From contig JANRJA010000243.1 in the NCBI GenBank assembly GCA_033764315.1, positions 1-44,333 on the forward strand: DNA of 44,333 bases. The letters run 5' to 3'. The first letter of the stretch is position 1, and each line of letters begins with the position of its first letter. The notes beneath the pieces are model-generated. The model worked only from the letters and a program-made list of their open reading frames with translations, was not told the origin of the DNA and searched no databases. This stretch comes from Oculatellaceae cyanobacterium bins.114. Lineage in GTDB: Bacteria > Cyanobacteriota > Cyanobacteriia > Elainellales > Elainellaceae. The position numbers were made by a program, and so were the translations under genes. Shown here piece after piece: positions 39,376 to 44,333 of this stretch.

Positions 39376-40401
39376 TTAAGTGGATGCCTTGAAAGGCTTT
39401 CGCTTGAGGCTAACGGCTCCATAAAGGCTAACCGCTAACAGACCCAAAATTGAGGCAGGTTCAGGAACGGCAGCAGGCTCATCGGGGGGTTCGACAATTG
39501 CTTCGGGTGCCCCTGTCCCAAAAATAGTGGCAGTGGTGTAAGTGGCGGAACCATTTGCACCCAGAGAGAAGAGATTGCTGAGAGCGAGGGTTACGTCATA
39601 ACCTGGACCTGCGTCAATAAACCCATTGTTGTTCCCATCTCCTGCGATCGCGTTATCCAGTGGCTCACCTGCAATAATGCGTTCTGCTAACCCAGGATAG
39701 CCGTCAATTTCAAAATCTCCATCTGTGCCACCGTTGGTTAGAATGCCAACGAACGTTGTCTCATCATTTGCTCCAGTAGCACTATCGGTTTCAAACAAGA
39801 CTTCTCTGCCATCTGCGGCGAGCCGACCTCCTCCATCATTCAGTGAACCGTCAAAGAGTAAGTCAGCATCTAAATAACGAACCAATTCAAAAGCTGAGTT
39901 ACCTGTACCAGTGTTCGTAATGGCATAGGTTTGAGTTAGGAGAGTTCCAGTTCGTGTTCCTGAGGTAAATAGAGCCGTTAGCGTTTGAGTCAGGTTGAAG
40001 GACAAACCTTGAATCAGAAATGAACTGAGCGCACTGGTCGGAGTTCCCGTAACTCCTGGATCGACTAATCCACCTGACCCTGTGATTGACCCAGTACTTA
40101 GGAATTGGCGAGTTCCCAAACTACCAAACCGAATGGCGACGGCTGATTCATAAACCGTTTGAGCAGGAGTTCCCGCTCCTAATGGATCGTAAAAGGCATC
40201 TGTTGTGTCAACTCCAGCCGCACTACTGCCAAATGAACCGTAGCCATCGACACCGACGGTGATCGTTCCATCGCCAAGACCATTGGATAGGGTGAATGCT
40301 AGTGAAGGCGACTGAGAAACAACCATCGCCCCAAGGGTCGTCGTAATAATCGTGATGACCGTTGCACAAGTAGATGAAAAAAGCGTATAAAAACGGCTCA
40401 T
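39376..40401 (-). CDS. PEP-CTERM sorting-domain secreted protein (Gly/Thr-rich)
   Basis: Signal-like N-terminus, VPEPASILGLL..KRK; AGGAG RBS before ATG 40401. Confidence 0.82.
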   Translation of the reverse strand: MSRFYTLFSSTCATVITIITTTLGAMVVSQSPSLAFTLSNGLGDGTITVGVDGYGSFGSSAAGVDTTDAFYDPLGAGTPAQTVYESAVAIRFGSLGTRQFLSTGSITGSGGLVDPGVTGTPTSALSSFLIQGLSFNLTQTLTALFTSGTRTGTLLTQTYAITNTGTGNSAFELVRYLDADLLFDGSLNDGGGRLAADGREVLFETDSATGANDETTFVGILTNGGTDGDFEIDGYPGLAERIIAGEPLDNAIAGDGNNNGFIDAGPGYDVTLALSNLFSLGANGSATYTTATIFGTGAPEAIVEPPDEPAAVPEPASILGLLAVSLYGAVSLKRKPFKAST

Positions 40402-40548
40402 AGTTACAGCTCCTAAAGGAGATTGGATAGTTTGAGATATGACTTTCAATCAGGATTTGTCATCAAAGGGAAAAACGAAATGTGACAAGGACTATACTCT
40501 AAATTTAATCTCCGGTCAAAAGATTTTTATTAAGAAGTGTTTGTCATC

Positions 40549-40572
40549 TATAGCAACCCCAAATGGGTTGTG
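40549..40572 (+). repeat. Left-end fragment of MITE family A
   Basis: TATAGCAACCCCAAATGGGTTGTG. Confidence 0.65.
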
Positions 40573-40734
40573 CTTTGCGAGCTTCAGAATCGGGCATTAG
40601 ATAAACTGGCTCATTAGGAACTGGCAATGCCACGTCCTTACCTAGAGAATGACACTTTAATTGATTTGTGAGCGTTGGCGTTTGTAATTGGACTTCGGGC
40701 GATCGCTTCTAAACTCAGAAGGTCTTTCGCTGAA

Positions 40735-40828
40735 TATAGCAATCCCAAATGGGTTGTGAGAGGCGCACCCCTCAGGGGGTGCGCCTCTCACAACCTACTA
40801 ATCTCACAAATGATTTAGGACTGCTATA
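40735..40828 (+). mobile_element. Complete MITE family A (94 bp)
   Basis: Terminal IRs TATAGCAATCCCAAAT / ATTTAGGACTGCTATA, TA ends, long internal hairpin. Confidence 0.85.
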
Positions 40829-40956
40829 TACTTTCCTTAAAATTATTGCTATGTATTGCGGAAGAATGGCTGCCAGTCAATTCATCCGGAGAGAGTCATG
40901 GGTCGATGTAAAAAGCGGTAGTTTCAGTTCAACGTGTAACCCATCGACCCATTGCT

Positions 40957-42804
40957 ATGCAAACGACCCTACCTCTAGACAACCTGAATACATTAGGGGT
41001 ACAGCTACAGGAGTTATTACACGAAAATCTATTACACGACATCCCCGTTGGCATTCGTTGCACGCTTAAAGAAGAAAAATTGATTGTCTTGGGGCAACAT
41101 CAACCAGGTATTTCTCTTGACTCGACCCAAACACTAAGATTTCTAGAACGTGCCATTCAATCTCTGCAACTGCACTTTACGCAGCAAGTCAGGCTTTATT
41201 TGCGCGTTTCAGGACAAAAACAACCTTATGCCCATCGCTTTTTTGTCATTCAACCACCGCCACCCCCCCCAAATCCAAAGTTGTGTGGAACTGAGGAAGC
41301 GTCGCCATCTAAAGATGAGTGGATTGTTGGGGATGAAGAGTTGGATGTGTTGGTGGAAGAATTAATGACCTATGCGTCGCAACCGGCCTCTGAGAAATTG
41401 CAAGGTAGCCCCCCAGACGGGCAGGAGACTCCACCCAATTTTTTATCCTTTGACTCAGGAGGAGCACTGACCTTGCTTTCATCCTCAGCCTTAGAGCGAA
41501 TCGCCACTGACACTCGCTCTACCTGGGATGTGTGGATGACTCGGTTGCAGGGCAACCCAAAGGTCGTGATTATTGCAGTCGCTACGTTGGGTGTAACGGG
41601 TGGATTGTATGCTCTGACTCGTCCTTGTGTGGTGGGAAGCTGTCCAGAGTTGCAAACGGCTCGTGATTTAAACCAACGGTTGATGGATCAGGTAACCAAT
41701 GCCCAAACTAAAACAGATTTAGAGCAAGCTCAACACCAGTTAGGACGAGCGATCGCCCTGTTAGAAACGATTCCAATCTGGTCTGGGAAATCGCCGGATG
41801 CCCACACCTTGATACACAACTATCAAGCTCAAACAGATGCGCTGAATCGCTTGATTGCCGCTCAAGATAAGGCGACTCTGGCATTGCAGGCGAGTCAAGA
41901 TCCTCCCTATGCGATCGCGGTTTGGCAACAGGTGCAAGCCCACTGGCAAGAGGCGATCGCCCAACTTGAGCAAATTGCCCCTGAGAGCACCATGTATCCC
42001 GTTGTTCAACAGCGATTGCAAACCTATCGCACTAACCTGACCGAGGCAAGACAACAGGTGCAGCGAGAAGAGCAAGCCCAGAGCACCTTAGATGTAGCGG
42101 AACAAGCCTCTAAGTTGGCGGCAGAAAGACACCGCAAAGCCCGTTCATTGGCAGATTGGCAATTGACCAGAGCCACCTGGCAAATTGTGATCATGCGATT
42201 GCAGGAAGTGACTGCCAACACGACAGGTGCTCTAGAGGCAGAACGGTTGTTGAATGCCTATCAACCCAAATTAACCGAAGTGAATGCCCGGGTTGAGCAA
42301 GAAGAAATTGCCCATCAGATGTTTACACAAGCTACCCAACACGCCCAATTGGCGCAATCGGCTGAACGTCGCTTTGCATGGCAAGACGCGATCGCTCGTT
42401 GGCGATTGGCCATTGAGATGATTCAAGAGGTGCCTCCTGGAACCGCTTATGCGACCCAAGCCGGCGAACAGGTGGATACCTATCAAGCTGCTTTGAGTCA
42501 GGCAGAGCAAAAACTGCAAGCATCGGCACAAGTAACGAGTGAGTTAAACAAAGTGTGCACAGGGGAGTTGCAAGCCTGTCAATTGCTGTCCGTTAGTGAC
42601 GAGATTCGAGTGCAACTTGAACCTACCTATGTGCAAGCGATTGAGACGGCTCGAAATAGTGGGAACCACGACCTACAGGCGATCGTTGCAGATCATCAAC
42701 TGACTCTGAGGCGATCTCTAGAAGGTATCGCTAACCAGTTTCGATTACCAGTCGAAGTGTATGACCCCAATCACGGGCTACTGGATCGCCATTTGCCAGA
42801 GTAA
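40957..42804 (+). CDS. Membrane-anchored helical-repeat hypothetical protein
   Basis: 615-aa ORF, single TM followed by RPCVVGSC, repeated W..AI..L..IP units. Confidence 0.8.
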   Translation: MQTTLPLDNLNTLGVQLQELLHENLLHDIPVGIRCTLKEEKLIVLGQHQPGISLDSTQTLRFLERAIQSLQLHFTQQVRLYLRVSGQKQPYAHRFFVIQPPPPPPNPKLCGTEEASPSKDEWIVGDEELDVLVEELMTYASQPASEKLQGSPPDGQETPPNFLSFDSGGALTLLSSSALERIATDTRSTWDVWMTRLQGNPKVVIIAVATLGVTGGLYALTRPCVVGSCPELQTARDLNQRLMDQVTNAQTKTDLEQAQHQLGRAIALLETIPIWSGKSPDAHTLIHNYQAQTDALNRLIAAQDKATLALQASQDPPYAIAVWQQVQAHWQEAIAQLEQIAPESTMYPVVQQRLQTYRTNLTEARQQVQREEQAQSTLDVAEQASKLAAERHRKARSLADWQLTRATWQIVIMRLQEVTANTTGALEAERLLNAYQPKLTEVNARVEQEEIAHQMFTQATQHAQLAQSAERRFAWQDAIARWRLAIEMIQEVPPGTAYATQAGEQVDTYQAALSQAEQKLQASAQVTSELNKVCTGELQACQLLSVSDEIRVQLEPTYVQAIETARNSGNHDLQAIVADHQLTLRRSLEGIANQFRLPVEVYDPNHGLLDRHLPE

Positions 42805-42836
42805 CGGAAAAGAGAAAGAAGAGAGAAAAAAGAAGG

Positions 42837-42915
42837 GTCGTCCTAAACAAGTAAGGATATGCTGCGCGCTGCGCGGCATATCCTTACTCAAAAATTATTA
42901 CTTTTAGAGGACTAC
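42837..42915. mobile_element. MITE-like repeat family B, copy 2
   Basis: Closely similar to 3251-3328. Confidence 0.75.
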
Positions 42916-43023
42916 CAAAAGAAGAGAGAAGAAGGAAAAAAAGAGGGAATAAATCTCTCCTGTGGCGACCGTTGACCTAATTACCAACCGATAAGATAAA
43001 GGAGTTGAGGTTGGGGTAAGCCA

Positions 43024-44022
43024 ATGGGACTGGGTATTTTAGTGGATGGTCAGTGGGTGAGCGATCGCGACCAAGAAGATCAGCAGGGTCGCTTTGTTCG
43101 TCCAGAAACCACATTTCGCGATCGCATTACGGCAGATGGTGTTAGCGGATATAAAGCTGAGCCAGGTCGTTATCATCTCTATGTTTCGTTGGCTTGTCCC
43201 TGGGCTCATCGCACCTTGATCATGCGGGCACTCAAAGGATTGACAGAGGCAATTTCCGTCTCTGTGGTTGACCCAGTGATTGAAGACAACGGTTGGGAGT
43301 TTTCGGATGCTCCGGGGGCGATCGCTGATCAGGTTAACCAAGCCCGCTATCTCTGGGAGATCTATACCAAAGCTGATCCCAGTTATAACGGTCGAGTCAC
43401 CGTTCCGGTGTTGTGGGATAAACAAACTCAGGCGATCGTCAACAACGAGTCACGCGATATCATTCGCATGTTAGACACTGAGTTTCATGCGATCGCGCCC
43501 ACAGCGGCTGACCTTTATCCACAGCCATTGCCAACGGCGATCGACGAGACAATTACCGCAATTTATCAACCCATTAATAACGGCGTTTATCGAGCTGGGT
43601 TTGCCACTCACCAAGACGCCTACGAAGAAGCCGTCACTGACTTGTTTGGGGCACTTGATCAGTGGGAAACGGTGTTGGGGAACCAGCGATATCTCTGCGG
43701 CAACACTTTAACGGAGGCAGACGTGTGTATGTTTACAACACTGCTGCGATTTGATGTGGTGTATTACACCCACTTTAAGTGCAACCTGCGCCGCATTGTG
43801 GATTACCCCAATTTGTGGGGCTACTTGCGGGATATCTATCAACATCCAGGGGTTAAAGAAACCTGCAATCTTGACCACATTAAACAGCACTATTTTAAGA
43901 GTCACCCCAAGGTCAACCCAACTCGCATTGTGCCCAAAGGACCCATCATTGATTTTGAGTCGCACCAAGGACGCGATCGCCTCTTTAGCCCTCAGGCTCA
44001 AGCCACTCCGCCTGTGAGTTAG
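43024..44022 (+). CDS. Glutathionyl-hydroquinone reductase (YqjG-like GST)
   Basis: ACPWAHR, TVPVLWD, NNES, INNGVY, RFDVVY..HFKCN. Confidence 0.93.
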   Translation: MGLGILVDGQWVSDRDQEDQQGRFVRPETTFRDRITADGVSGYKAEPGRYHLYVSLACPWAHRTLIMRALKGLTEAISVSVVDPVIEDNGWEFSDAPGAIADQVNQARYLWEIYTKADPSYNGRVTVPVLWDKQTQAIVNNESRDIIRMLDTEFHAIAPTAADLYPQPLPTAIDETITAIYQPINNGVYRAGFATHQDAYEEAVTDLFGALDQWETVLGNQRYLCGNTLTEADVCMFTTLLRFDVVYYTHFKCNLRRIVDYPNLWGYLRDIYQHPGVKETCNLDHIKQHYFKSHPKVNPTRIVPKGPIIDFESHQGRDRLFSPQAQATPPVS

Positions 44023-44193
44023 CGACAGGCAGAGGCGGTCTGCCCCTCGCGCAAAACATCTGACAAATCGAGATCGCTGAATGGAGAGGCCGTCGTCGGT
44101 TTAGAGTAAGCCGATACGAACCCCAAAAGATGCAGAGTTTAACGAACCGACGTAGGTCAGTTTTGTTCATGTAGCATATGAATTAAAGTCTGA

Positions 44194-44333
44194 GTAAAGG
44201 TATCCTCCGGCAGAGCCGGAGGCTTTAGCATATGGGAGCCGCTCAAAGCGGCTTTCTCACCTTCATTCCTCCTGCCATAACTTCAATTGTTCCAATCGCT
44301 GATCCTCCTTCTCTTGGTCTCGAATGTACTGTC
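44194..44333 (-). mobile_element. Right end of an IS200/IS605-family (IS200-type) element
   Basis: tnpA C-terminus followed by hairpins AGCCGCT-CAA-AGCGGCT (44237-44253) and CCTCCGGC-AGA-GCCGGAGG (44204-44222); exact end inferred. Confidence 0.75.
44263..44333 (-). CDS. tnpA: IS200-family Y1 transposase, C-terminal fragment (window-truncated)
   Basis: Manual translation QYIRDQEKEDQRLEQLKLWQEE*, with the catalytic YIxxQ motif. Confidence 0.78.
   Translation of the reverse strand, partial: QYIRDQEKEDQRLEQLKLWQEE

Noticed and set aside
40749-41069. 106-aa ORF
   Set aside because: Starts inside MITE A and overlaps the real gene out of frame.
43985-44170. 61-aa minus-strand ORF
   Set aside because: No motif; overlaps the GST 3' end and its downstream hairpin.
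1-44333. Very frequent GCGATCGC
   Set aside because: HIP1, a known genome-wide cyanobacterial feature.

Overview
Chromosomal segment of a cyanobacterium, probably filamentous (dense HIP1 GCGATCGC octamers, phycocyanin genes, heptamer tandem repeats). In order: the 3' end of a MazF/PemK toxin gene abutting a MITE; a three-gene cluster of heme-oxygenase-like diiron oxidase, DUF3419/BtaA-like SAM-dependent transferase and GNAT; an HNH nuclease behind an attenuator-like leader; an AMIN/Pro-rich protein; two hybrid histidine kinases; GST; a CYP110-like P450; a cation:proton antiporter; an unannotated 50-aa ORF; a STAS protein; a PhyH-like dioxygenase; htpX; a chimeric-looking CHASE kinase; a PEP-CTERM protein; a cpcB-cpcA-cpcC-cpcC-cpcE operon with an L-box-like motif, divergent from cpcG; a TetR-associated HlyD/ABC-2 exporter; mgtE; a Uma2 nuclease; a second PEP-CTERM protein; a glutathionyl-hydroquinone reductase; and the right end of an IS200-type element. 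Several MITE and REP-like repeat families are scattered in the spacers. The best candidate for an undescribed system is the diiron oxidase/BtaA-like/GNAT cluster (362-3227). All calls come from reading motifs by eye; no searches were run.
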